Below, piece by piece: positions 10,688 to 22,912 of a DNA stretch of 64,000 bases. Made by a program: the position numbers and the translations under genes. Below the pieces are notes generated by a model. It saw nothing but the letters and a program-made list of their open reading frames with translations, had not been told where the DNA came from and did not search any database. Positions within the stretch are counted from its first letter, which is position 1. Every line of letters begins with the position of its first letter. The stretch is from Monocercomonoides exilis PA203 (taxonomy: Eukaryota; Protista; Preaxostyla), in assembly GCA_001643675.2 (NCBI GenBank), contig LSRY02000011.1, forward strand, positions 1,426,001 through 1,490,000, given 5' to 3'.

Positions 10688-13600
10688 CTAAGATTGCGTA
10701 AATGTTTCCGGAGCAACAGCTTCACTATCATCGAGATGTGATAATACCGATGATGAATAAGACAAATCCGTGTTTTGATCTGTGTCCTTATGCAATGAAT
10801 GCTCCTTTGATGAATTTGAAATGTTTTGAGTTGAATCTGAAGACGTTGTTTGCATAAGAAATGAAGAAGATGGAGATGCAGCTGGCTCTGCTGAAATGGG
10901 GGATGATGAAGAGGATGAATCTAAAGAAGATGAAAATGATGGCGTTGTCAATGATGATGATGAAGAAGATGCAAATGATGCAGATGATGAAGAAGTTGAA
11001 GAAGGTGAAGAAGAAGCCAATAAATAAGACGACGAAGAAGAAGATATTGTTGCAAATGAAGAAGTTGGAGGTGAAACTGACATGCTCCCTGCAGATTGAT
11101 TCAACAGCTGAGCACTAGACGGAGAGACAGACGAAGAAGGCGTAGAGATTGAGGCGACGATGCTGTTGAACGGAAAAACGGAGAATTTCGGCGGAGAAAC
11201 AGAAAGAGAAAGAGAATGGGCCGACGGAGAAATTGAGCTCTGTGGCTGGGAAATAGACACATATGAATGCTTCTGCTTGGAAAGCTCGCTTTGATCTGCT
11301 TTGGAAGTGGTGCTGTTGGAAGGAAGAAGAGATGAATGAGATGAGTTTGATTGGGATTGGATTTGAGCTGTGTCAAGATGAGTGTGAGAAGAAGAAGGGG
11401 ATTCTGATGGGTATGAAGAAGTTGGTGGAGAAGAAGAAGGAGAAAAGGAAGAAAAGTTAGAGGAGGAAGAAGATGATGGCGATGAAGACAAAATAGACTT
11501 CGTATCCTCTTCTTCTCCTTCATTGGATGATAAACTTGCATTTATCTGTGATGAATTGGCAGCATTTGAAGCAATGGAAGTATTGTTTGGTATTTGCACT
11601 GCCTGAAGAACAGAGAAAGAGAGGAGGTTTGGATCATTCACGTGTTCAGTCGTGTTCGTCTGCTGGTCAATGGAAGATGGAGAGGATGATTGGTGTGTCT
11701 GTGTGTTTGGCTTGGAGACGGTTCTTTGAGGATATGCTATTGTGGATAAGGAGGAGGAAGGAGAAGGAGAAGGAGAAGAGGAGGAGAAAGAAGAAGAAGA
11801 AGAAGATGATGATGATGAAGGCGAAAATGACTGAGGCGGGGAGAAAGCAGAAGAGACAGCAACCGAAGGCTGAGAGAAGAAAGGGGAGACAAACGGAGAA
11901 GAGGAAGAAGAATGCAAAAGTTGAGAGACAGAAGAAGAAGATGATGAAGAAGAAGAAGAGAAAGAAGAAGTGTGATTTGTTGAAGTGAATGAGATGGATG
12001 GATTGAAGGGGTGGAGAGGTAGAGAGTCCGAGACGGTTGATGGGAAAGAAGAAGAGGAGGAAGAGAAAGAGGAGGAGGAAGAAGAAGAAGAAGAAGGATA
12101 AAAGGAAGAGGAAGAGGAAGAAGAAGAAGGGGAAGAAGAAGGCATTGTGGATGCTGAAGTGTTATGCTTAGATGAGATGAAAGAGTTGTAATCAGATGGA
12201 TTTTGATAAGAAGCAATCAGCTCGTTTTGGAATGGAGCATCGAATGAAGTGAAAGAGGAGAGAAGAGTTGGCTTTGGGAAATATGACGAAAATGGAAGAG
12301 GAGCCGAAGAAGAAGAAGAGTAAGAAGAAGAAGAAGAAGAAGAAGAGGAAGAGGAAGAGGAAGAGGAAGAAGAAGATGATGATGACATAGAAGAAGAAGA
12401 AGAAGATGATGATGATGGAAAAGAAGAAGACGAAAGAGAAGGTTCCTGAGGAATGATGTGAGATATAATGATTTGTGGATAGCCATTTGCCTGGCTGAGT
12501 GACTGGGAAGATTGAAGATGGAACAGAGGAGAATAAGAAGAGGAAGATGGCATTGGCATTGAGGAGGAGGAAGAAGAGGAAGAGGAAGAGGAAGATGATG
12601 ATGATGAAGGTGCTGAAGATAAATAATCAGCTTGATGATTTAAGTTTATATTGCTTTCTTCAGATGAAGCAGAAGCAGAAACAGAAGCAGAAGAAGAAGC
12701 AGAAGATTGCACATTCAAAGCAGAGGATTTAGAATCAGTTGGATGTATTGATGTTTCAATAGTTTCTTCTTCAGCACTTAAAATGGATGGATCATTTGTG
12801 GAAGAAGATGCTATTTTTGTGTTGTCTTGTGCAGATGATAAGGAAGATGAAGGTGAAGGAAAAGGCGATGATAAAGATGATAGCAAAGGGATTGTCAATA
12901 ACACTTCATTTGATGCTGATGCTGAAGAAGAAGAAGAAGAAGAAGAAGAGCACATTTGATCAGAATGCAAATATGATTCTTTGGTTTCTTCTGCTGTTTG
13001 TGCTAATTCATGTGATGGCTTCAATGTTTCAGTATTTTCATACCTTTCAGAATTTTCATGTTTTGATGATAAAATAGAAGTATTCAGCTTATTTGTGGAA
13101 GATGAGAATTGCTCCTTAAGAAAGATGTCTTCATTGTCTTTTCTTTCTCCTCTCATTTTTTCAACGTGTTCGAAATCTTCTTTGCTTTCGTTTGCAATTT
13201 TATCATTTTTCTCTTCTTCTTCTTCCTCTCCATCTTCTTCTTCGCTAACTTCATTTTTGTTTGTGCTTGATTTGGAATCAAATAAACTCTTTTCTTTTCC
13301 AAAGAAAAAGTTGTTTTGTTTTGAATTCTTATAGTCTTTTTTGTTCTCTTCCTTATTTTTTGAGCTTTCATCTCTTCTTTTGCCTTCTTCCTTTTCATTT
13401 TGTTCCTCAACAGCTTCATCATCATCTTCTTCTTTCCTTTCTTTTTCATCCAAATTATTAGCTTTCTCTTTATTCTTCTTCAAATTTTTGTTCTTTTCAT
13501 TTTTTGTGTTTTTCTGCTCTTTCTCCTTTTTGTCATCTTCATTCATTTTTCTTCCTTCTTGTTTTGAATCAAAATCTTTACTTGCTCTTTCTTTGGAGTT

Positions 13601-15717
13601 GGAAACTTTCTTCTTCTTTCCTTCGTTTTCTTTGCTTTCTTTCGCTTCTTTCTTTTTATCTTTATCTTTATCTTTTTCCTTTTCCTTTTCTTTTTCCTTT
13701 CTTTTTTCCTTCTCTTTTTCTTTCCCCTTCTTTTCTTTGCCATTCACTGTTGCTGATTTATCGTCATTCACATCCATTTCTGTTCCTTTCAAATGAGCTT
13801 TTTCTACCACAGCAAGTTGCCTCGTATGCATTTGCGAAGAAGAAGAAGATGCAAAATTCGAGAAAGGTGATGGAGAAAACGACAGGAAACCAGAAGGAAT
13901 AGAAGAAGATGAAGAAGATATTGCTGTTGCTGCTGCCAACTTCCCATTCGAAGGAGGAGGCGGAGGCAAAATACCATCAGAACCAGCAGCCCCTGTCTCC
14001 ATCAACCTGCCAGCCGCGCCCGCAACGCTCCTCGCCTTCATCTCTTCCTCTGTCTTCTCTCCTATTTCCCTCAGAAGCGCCCCTCTCCCTCCTTCAAAGA
14101 AGAACAGCCGTGTTCCCACAGCCTCTGCAGCTATCTCCACATCACTCGATCTTCCCAACACAGACAGCGCTCGTTCCAGCAGGAGAAGCACAGAGCGCGG
14201 AAGCGGCGCAGCAGGCGGGGCGTATGCAGGGATGTTTGTCAGCGCCTGTGCTTGGGCCTGGGCATCGAAGAGGAAGCGGGGGGATGGCTGGGAATGCTGG
14301 GAAGATGAGGAGGAGGAGGAAGATGAGGAAGATGAGGAAGATGAGGAAGATGAGGAAGATGAGGAGGAAGAGGCAGAAGCAGAGGCTGAGGCGGAGGTGT
14401 TTGGGAACGGATCGGAAGAAGAAGAAGAAGACGAGGAGGAGGAGGAGGACAGCGAAGGAAGTTGCTGAGTGGTAATTGATGAAGAAGCAGGAATTGAAGG
14501 AATTGGAGGAATTGTCAATGAAAAAGGCATAGGTTGGGCATGCAAAACAGGGGACAATGGATTGGCAGTCATAGATAGTGGAGGAATTAGAGAAGAAGAA
14601 GAAGACGATGAAGAAGACGATGATGAAATCGTCTGTTGAACAGCTGATGGCTGAGGGGATAGAGAGGAAGATGGCGATGGGGAGATGTACAGCGAAGGCG
14701 GGTGGTGTGCAGTGATAAGTGGCTGAGTGGGAAAGAGAATGGCCGTGTTTTGATAGTTCTGCTGAGAAATTGGCTGAGGAAGTGAATGCGCCAGCATCTC
14801 TTTGATGATCTTAACGACAGCCAGTCGAGCTTCAGGTAAAGTGTCAGCTGGGTTGGACGATGAGGCGTTTGGATTTGAGGAAACATTTGAAAGCGGAAGA
14901 CTTGTAGAATACGAAGACGAAGCTGACGAAAAAGATGTTATTGGATCATTGGGAATAATTCGATGTGAAACACCTCCTGGATTGATGGCATTTGGATTTA
15001 AAGGAGAATTACTTAATGTTCCTGGCTGAGATGAGGAAGCAGATACTGATTCAAATAAAGTTGAAGAATGCGCTGGAACTCTTATCGACGACTGATGGCT
15101 TTGAGCATTCTTCAATGAAACTGTTGTATCGGATTCATTTATGGCAATTCTCAGAATTCTCGATAAAAAGGAAAATTCTTTGAAAAATGTACGCATTTTT
15201 GGTGATTTTCGATATAAAGAGCACAATGTTGATTTTGCACAGGATATTGCAGATGGAAATGGCGATTCAAGCATTGCCAGAAGAGAATCAAGAAGAAGTT
15301 TCATCACTGCGTCATCCTTCTTTTTTGTCAAGTGCGCAATTGTCAGCGTTAAAACATCAAGACAAAGAAGCTGAACTTGCTCAATCCTTGAAACTCTAAA
15401 AATTTTCATTACGAGGCTTAGAATATCTTGATCAAGAAGTAAAGGAATCCATTCTTTTCCTATTTAATGTTTTTCTCATTTCAAATAGTGAAAAATAAAT
15501 TACAAAATCAAACTGAGGATAACAATTAATAATATGCGTTGGAGAGTTTGCACAAGCTTTTCTTTATTTTCGGTTCTGAGATAATTTGGAAATTGAGAAA
15601 TCTCTCTAACCTGAATAATGAAATTTGAACATCATAAAACTTAACAAATTCGAATCAAACATCTAGCACTTCATAAAATGAATGTTTAGATTCGGGAAAT
15701 CTTCCTTGGTCAGCCAT
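10688..15717 (-). CDS. Large Ser-rich low-complexity protein with a helical (ARM/HEAT-like) N-terminus, three exons
   Basis: The 1573-aa ORF extends upstream in frame via an acceptor at about 15460, an exon at about 15610-15514 (VREISQFPNYL..), and a first exon at 15717-15661 (MADQGRFPES..) with GTTTGA donors. Confidence 0.75.
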
Positions 15718-15719
15718 TA

Positions 15720-15739
15720 ACACCAGAATTTTCTGGTGT
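15720..15739. promoter_or_regulatory. Perfect palindrome ACACCAGAA-TT-TTCTGGTGT in a 117-bp divergent intergenic region
   Basis: The 9-bp arms are exact reverse complements, 3 bp from the ATG at 15717. Function is inferred only from position. Confidence 0.35.
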
Positions 15740-15834
15740 AAATAAACACATTTCCAAATAATGATCCTTGTTGATCGCGCAATTTATGATATAATTGAAT
15801 TTTTATTTATTTTGACAAACAAGAATTAGAGGTA

Positions 15835-17271
15835 ATGGATGATCAAAAATTGATAGATAGTTTGCAAAATGCATCTAATTTTGAAATTTTTGTTTGGTTA
15901 TATTCTTTTATATTAATTTCAACATTTCTTGCTTTTGTGCATTTAAATTTATTGTCACGATGTGCTGTTATTATACAGGCGAAGTAAAATGGGATTTTCA
16001 GAACCTTGATAAGCTCGTTAGTGTTATTGACCATTCACTTCAAAAAGCTCAGACAAGTCCAACAACTTCATCAACGAAACTTTTAATTGAAGACTTTTAT
16101 AAAGAGAAAAGTTATCACAGCAATGAAGAATTAATTGGACTTCTTTCACATTTTGTAAATTATCTTCAATCAATGTGCAGAAGAGATCCGAAAGTTATTG
16201 AAGAATATGCCCCCTCAGAACTTTTTACTCTTATTGATGAAGCATTCACTTGCAATCCTCCATATAAAATTGGAATTCAACTTTGCGAAATTATTCGCTA
16301 CTCTCTTTATTGTAATGAGGATCGTTCCGAAGCACTTTTGACACAATCATTAGCAAAATCCATCTTAGATAATCTTCTTTTACCAGTGGAAAAAGTTACA
16401 GAAAGCCACATATTGGCCCTCCAACGTTTCACTTATTCAGAATCACTTTTGATAACAATGACACTTGTAAAGCTTGGTTGCATTCCTCGACTTCTTGATC
16501 TGCTTATTCACCCCGTCGAGTTTTGTCTGAGAAATGTGTGTTTTTGCTTGTCTCATGTACTCAGCTCTGGAGCAGAGATTGTTGGAAGCGACAGTCCGCA
16601 TCCTTTTTCAGAGGAGATCCTGAGATATGACGGAAGCGAGAAACTTTTTTATGCATTTAAAAGAACGAAAGACAAAAAGGCAAAACGAGAGATTTCCAGA
16701 TGCTTATGTTTTTTGTGGAATGGCAAGGCGCTTCCAGATCATTTGGGAGAAATCATAGAATTTGGCTGGGCAGTCATCAATGATGAGAATGAGTCATTGG
16801 TTGATAGACAGAAAATGCTAGCTTCACTTTGTCAGCTTGCTAAAATGAATGGTTTGTTCCTTAAAACATTATCATTTTAATCAATAGTTTTGTTCTCAAT
16901 AAATGATATTTTTGTTTACGTAAATTTTTAATTCATTCATATTTTTCATATTTTCTTTTTGTTTAAATTTTTTTCTTTTCTCTTTTCAACTTTTTAACAT
17001 TTTCATTTTCTTCTTCCTAGAAAATCAGAAATTACTGCAAATTTTTCATTCTACAACAAATTGCATACATATTCTCGATGGCAGCGTAACACAGTTTTAT
17101 GGAAATGTTCTTTTCATTTTAAATGAAATGATAGAAAGGTCGCCAAAAGAAATTTCGGAACAGATTATAGGTGAGATTAATAGGGACAAAATAAAAGGAT
17201 TAACTGAATCAGCAGATAACACATACAAAATCAACGCCATCTTCCTTTTAAAAAAGATGACTGACAGTTAA
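15835..17271 (+). CDS. Armadillo/HEAT-like helical repeat protein, multi-exon
   Basis: 328-aa ORF at 15894-16880 (LVKLGCIPRLLDLL..NVCFCLSHVL). Intron from about 16852 (GTTTGT) to 17020 (CCTAG), last exon ending TAA at 17271. The first-exon junction is uncertain. Confidence 0.65.
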
Positions 17272-17576
17272 ATCATTACACATTTAGAATACACTTAGAA
17301 ATTTAATTTTTATTTGAATTCTAAACAATTATTCAAATTCATGAAAATTAAAGTGAAGTTTTCTTTCACCAATTGTTTCATTGAATAGGAGCTCATTGCT
17401 CTTTTTGCATAATTTTGAATGGCGAGCAAATTATGAAGATGGTGGTTTTTTTCATGACTTTTTTTATCTAGAAAGAATTATAAAAATCAAATGGTATGCC
17501 GGTTTAAAATATTTAAATCATAATTATTTTATCATTAGAATGTTGATAAATATCGAATTTATCCACATACTTAAGG

Positions 17577-17617
<41 letters not shown>
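17577..17617. repeat. Poly-A tract (41 nt)
   Basis: Direct read. Confidence 0.9.
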
Positions 17618-17620
<3 letters not shown>

Positions 17621-17628
17621 AGAGTAAT

Positions 17629-17887
17629 TGGGTGATTATTTTTGAAATCATAACTATTTCCTGGTTATTGATTATTCAAACGTTGTTCGTCATCGGGAAG
17701 AGACTTTGTGTTTGAATTGTTGAATTATTACAACTGCTATCAAAACAAATGTTTAAGCTCAAATGAAGATACAGATTTTTTTCAAATAAGTCTTTTCACT
17801 TTTCAGGATTCTTTTGTTGATTTTCAAGTGAAGTTTTCGAACCGAAATTTTTGTGTGAAAAAATATGATTTCAAAAATAATCACCCA
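17629..17887. mobile_element. MITE-like element with perfect 24-bp inverted repeats TGGGTGATTATTTTTGAAATCATA
   Basis: 17629-17652 is the exact reverse complement of 17864-17887, with a non-coding interior. Confidence 0.75.
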
Positions 17888-18199
17888 TATATACCTTTGA
17901 ACATTCATTCTTATTCAGTGAGTGCTTAACCCACCACTTCGTGCCAAACTCACACCCTATTCACATTTGCACGAGGATGCAAAACACAATTCAACGATTA
18001 AGAATTGAAAACCATTTGATCACAACAAATCACAACGTTAATAATCCAATTAAATATTTTGATCAGTCTCCGTTATTTTTTGTTCTTTCAAAATATTGCC
18101 AGTTTCTTCTTCAATCCAAAGACGATATTAATAGCCACTTTTACTGAAGCCAGAGAAAATAATAAAACAATTCTTTATTATTTCTAAGTATATCAGGCA

Positions 18200-20340
18200 A
18201 TGATATTCGTCAATGTTATCTTTGATTCAAAATGACAAAAAAAGATATTTTGATATGCTTGATCACACCAAATAAAGATGACTGAAAAACCTGAATTATC
18301 ATCAACTCAGTTGTGCAGAGTTCTTGCAACAAAGGAATATCGTGCATTCAAATCCCCTTCGAAAAAGCTTTTCGCGATTCGACAAAGTTTTTATGAGAAA
18401 TATTCAACTGCCAAAAAAGCAAAAGTTTGGTCAAAAGATGCATGGAAAAGAGGGATAAGAGCTGAAAGAGCTGGCAGAGAAACTAGAAGGAATGGACACC
18501 CTCAGGCAATTACGAACGATAAATTGGAAACAACTGAAAACCAAGTTTTGGTTCTTTAATCTGACCAAACAATTGTTCGAATTCGCGATGTGCAAAACAT
18601 GGTTTGTAATATGGGGGGAAATACGGACTTTCAAGCTTTTTATGCATATAGCATGAAAAAATTGTTTCGCTCATAACTTTATTTCGCTTTCTCAGATTTC
18701 AAAATAAAATTGATTTTCATATCCGTAAACAGGCATCGTTGAAATTAAAACATGAAGTTTTCCAACATTTCACAAATGTCAAATAATAGAACCATTTTTT
18801 AATATTTTTTGATATAAAATAGTCAATGAAAAGTGCATAATTTTTCAATGAAAATGACTGAAGTCAAATATTTTGTCCCATATTTATTTTCATGGTTTTT
18901 TAAACTTTTATGAACGTTTCAGTGTGCGGATCTCAAAGAAAAATCATCAAAACTAAAGAAAGAATTCAAAACAATCAACAAAATTTAAGTGAACAAATCA
19001 ATTCGATGAAGTGATATACTAAAGGCTTCCATCGCTTAGGATGCAGATGTTGCATATATATCTGCGCAGTCACCCGAGAACATCAGAGGATGGTTCTCGG
19101 AATTGTTGAGCACTGCAACGGAATTCAATATCATAGCTGCGGACATTTTCAATTTTGATGAATCGTCAATCTCATGCGGGAAATCATCGAACAAATTGGT
19201 ATTTTGCCTTAAAGGTCAAACTCCTCCACAAGTTCCCTTCGCTCCGAAAGTCCCGAATGCAACTATATGCCTTTGTATCTGCGCTGACGGATCCTCATTG
19301 CCACGATTTCTTCTTTGGCCAAAGAAAACACTCCCGAAAGAGTTTCGAACACTTTCTTCGTTTGATATCATATATATTTTTTCATCTTCCGGGTGGATCA
19401 CTTAGGAAATCTTCAACTTCTTCATGATCAATTTTTGGATTCCTTTCATCGTATAGAAAGTCAAACCAACCACATATCATCGCGCCCTTCTGTTGATGGA
19501 TTATCATTCAACACTTAATGAAAAAAAGTGATTGAATTAACAGAAAAAAAAAAACAACATCATTCTTTAATGGTTCCTGTCCAACATGACACACTCACAT
19601 CAAGCATGCGATTCCTGTATTTTTTCTCGACTCAAATCCACTTTAAGTTACAAATTTGTTATTCCGTCTCCATTTTCTCTCACTTCCTATCGAGCCCAAC
19701 TTGCAGATATTCTCCCCAAAGACTTGGCTACAACTTGTGTTCCATCAATAGTGAAGGCAGCATTTATGAAGACAGGGGTCTGGCCTGTTGCAGCAGCTCC
19801 AGTTGATTCCTGAATAATTTGAGTGCAAATCAAACCATCCTCAAGAAACAACGATCACCATTCTTTTTCACAGGATTGGTCTGATCAACTTCAAAAAAAT
19901 TATTCTCCAACAAAAAGACAAAGAGTTTCAGCTTCATCGAAAACATGAGACATTAATTCTACAGAAATATCTTTCTTGTCAAAATAAACTTCATCAAACA
20001 AATCAATACTTCTTCTTCGCCGATGAGTACGAATCACATTCAACAACATTTCTTGAAGATTTGGATAGCTATGATTTGAAGAAACAACTTGAAGATACTA
20101 AAAAGCAACTTGCTTTTCTATGATCTTTATTTGAAGAAATTGAAAAATTTAAAGCTTCTTCGACACCTTCAACATTAAAAAACAAGCATTCTCGAAAAGA
20201 ATTCAACATTCTTTTGTGAAACTCTTCTTCAGGCGATTATGAAAGAGAAATTAAACATATATAGAAAAAGAAAAAGATAATCCATAAAATAAACAACGAT
20301 GATCCAAGTGGGGAAAGTGACTCTGATGAAAGATGAAAAT
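18200..20340 (+). pseudogene. Decayed pogo/DDE_1-family transposase
   Basis: Fragments FNFDESS, ATICLCICADGSSLP, SSGWIT*, RALLLMD, QACDS and AFMKTGVWP, collinear with the 3257-4632 transposase but interrupted by stops and frameshifts. Confidence 0.85.
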
Positions 20341-20414
20341 TGGAATAAGAAAAACCAATCTAAAGAGCAGTTTCACCTGCTTTCAGCAAAAAAGAAATTG
20401 AATGTCGCAAAAAG

Positions 20415-20436
20415 TGGGTGATTATTTTTGAAATCA
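20415..20436. repeat. Third exact copy of TGGGTGATTATTTTTGAAATCA (TIR-type motif)
   Basis: 22/22 identity to 17629-17650. Confidence 0.85.
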
Positions 20437-21056
20437 AATATTTTTACGGAAAAAGAATAATGCTCTTATTCACAGTTATATGCAAAACATTTTACAAAAA
20501 AGCTTTGCACACGAATTTATTATTGTCTTTCAAATGCATGTTGTCATTGAAAAACAGAGAAGCAAATTGATGATTCAAACATAAACATCAGAAAGATTTC
20601 TAAGTTATTGCGACAAATAGCAAATTCGAGAATTTTGTCAGATCAATTATGAAACCAAAAGGAATGACCCAAGTTTTGTTTTTCGTTATCTTTGATGTTT
20701 GTTTGTTTGCTTGTTTGTTTTCTCACGTGGAAAAGTTTGCAACTGCGAAACGTGATAATTGATGAAGAAGAAGGAAAAAGGAACACACTTAAAAATTTTT
20801 GTTCTTATTATGTTGGAAACAGATGATGTTGAAGTATTTTTAAAAATGAAATTCGCAACCTTTTAATCTTAAACACTTAACATTTATGCTGTTCTTTTTT
20901 TGAAGTACTTGTCCTTTTCTTTTATTTAAAGCTCAACTATTAGAAATGAATGGTGAACATATTTCAAAACATGAACTTTGAATTCAATATTTCGGTTGGG
21001 GTTTGGGACCAGGGGGAGGATAAAGCACCCATAGTGTGTTAAAATCAAATAAAAAA

Positions 21057-21107
21057 AGTGAAACAAAACAAAACCAAAACCAAAACCAAAACCAAAAAAA
21101 AAAAAAA

Positions 21108-21136
<29 letters not shown>
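21057..21136. repeat. (AAAAC/AAAACC)n microsatellite followed by an interrupted poly-A tract
   Basis: Direct read. Confidence 0.85.
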
Positions 21137-21138
<2 letters not shown>

Positions 21139-21674
21139 CCAATTTTATAAAATATATTAATGATATTGGTTTCTTTTATTTCTTTTTTCATTTTTTTTGT
21201 GACTGATGAAGAAATTTTTGTTCCTCTACTTTAACATTAACAAATTTGCTTTTATTTTGTTGTAAGAATGAAGTGGATGCAAATTATAAAAGGTGTTGAA
21301 AAAAGAAATATTTGAATTACAAGAATAACAAAAAATCTTAAAATAAAAACACACATAAATACTCTAAATAAAATCCACCAGTTGGGAAAATGAACGCAAA
21401 AACTGAATGAAGGAAAAATATCTAGCATTTTGATTTGTAATGGAGTTATGACAAGACAAAAAGAAGAAAGGGTAATGATTATGAAAAACTTTCAGCAAAA
21501 GAAATGAAAAAAATTTCATTTGACTCTCAAAACGCAATTAATTTCAGAAAAATAAAGAATATCATTTTTTTTTTTAAAAAAAGGATATAGCTTTAAAAAC
21601 AATGATTCAAGCATTGTCATGAACAAAATAAATCAGACGAAAGTCAAAATAAAAATGAAAATTTCAAAGCGTAT

Positions 21675-21883
21675 GGCTGATCCTTTTTGAAATCAAACTT
21701 TCGTTCGAGTTTTCAACAAAAAAATTTTTATCTCAATGAGAAAAACGAAAAAAAAGGAACAAAACACAAGTTAAAACTTCCAATAAAGAAGTATATACAA
21801 AAACAAATAATCTTTATTATCCCATTGAGGAAAATTTTATCATCAAAACTCGAACGAAAGTTTTATTGCAAAAAGGATCAGCC
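21675..21883. mobile_element. MITE family A, copy 1 (about 210 bp, long imperfect TIRs starting GGCTGATCCTTTTTG..CTTTCGTTCGAGTTTT)
   Basis: The left about 60 bp is an imperfect reverse complement of 21821-21883. AT flanks both ends. A second copy lies at 61701-61905. Confidence 0.85.
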
Positions 21884-22912
21884 ATGTTCCAAAAAAATGA
21901 ACATGAACAATCGAATTGATATTTTCACACAGAAACAAGATGAAATTAAAAAACATTTCCTCCCTTGAAAAAGAAAATAATAATTTGAAACATCTTTCTG
22001 AATGAGCCGGAATTCAAAGAATGCATAAAAAAGTGTTTGTTGCAAATAAAAGGTTGATTTCATTGAATTGAAATCATCAAATGAGGAATAATTCCATTCA
22101 CAAATGCATAATTTGAAAAACATAAAGAAATGTGGATGCTTTCAATTTTCAATGATTCTCAATTTGATTTGTTGTTGGGTTGTGAAAAACGCGATTTGAT
22201 AAATTCAGAATCAAAAATACAAAAAGGCAATAAATTCTTGCTGGATTGCAAAGAAATTCTGCTTTTTCAAATATCCTTTTCGAACAAACACAAATGAATT
22301 CATTTTTCAACATCGAAATTGCCAACAAATGCAAAATCAATCACATTCAATGACTATTTATCACAAAAAGGAAATCAGCCAAAACAGAAATACATTTATA
22401 AAAGCAAAAATAAGAAAAAAAGAAACGGCTCAAATCTTGATTTTCGAGAATTACAATGACTGGAAAAAAAGGGAAAAATAGTTGAATGGATAAAGACAAT
22501 GATAAAGAAAAATAGAAAAAAAAAATCAAGAAAAAAGGAAAAAAAAGGGAGAAAAAAAGGGGGAAGAAATTGAAAAAAAAAAGTAATTAAAAAATGAGAA
22601 AAACAATGAGAAAAATGCAAAATAAAGATAAAGAGAATGATAAAGAAAGACAGAAAAAAAAAAAAAATCGGAAAGGAAAATGTGCTGAAAAAGAAGAAGA
22701 AAGCAATTCATTTGTGGGTAATCGTTCAATGCAAATATTTCAACTCAAAAGCTATGTCACTCTTCATAAGAGCAAAGCTGGATAACCCTTGACACAAATC
22801 ATCTTCCTCAACAATCCCGCTTGTAAATAATAACTCATAGAAATTATGTTTCACATTTGAAATCGTGTCATTTCTCCATTTTCATTTTTTCTGTTTCTCA
22901 CATCAGTATCCT

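Noticed and set aside
10861-15029. Many + strand poly-Glu/Lys/Met ORFs overlapping the Ser-rich gene (likewise 44657-46567, 51135-53172 and 30054-30733)
   Set aside because: These are antisense or alternative-frame shadows of TCT/TCA/TCC microsatellite codons, which lack stop codons.
17577-17617. Poly-A tracts (also 21095-21136, 40045-40080 and 61527-61560) as retroposon tails
   Set aside because: No shared upstream body, TSD or RT sequence was seen. They are probably simple homopolymer expansions, and their lengths may be assembly-dependent.
19400-19520. In-frame TAG/TAA in the second transposase as evidence of a non-standard genetic code
   Set aside because: They are accompanied by frameshifts, and intact genes in the window terminate at TAA, TAG and TGA without internal stops.
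20995-21032. G-rich patch GGGACCAGGGGGAGGA resembling the transposon-end repeat or a G-quadruplex
   Set aside because: Short imperfect match in the wrong orientation for a right end, single occurrence.
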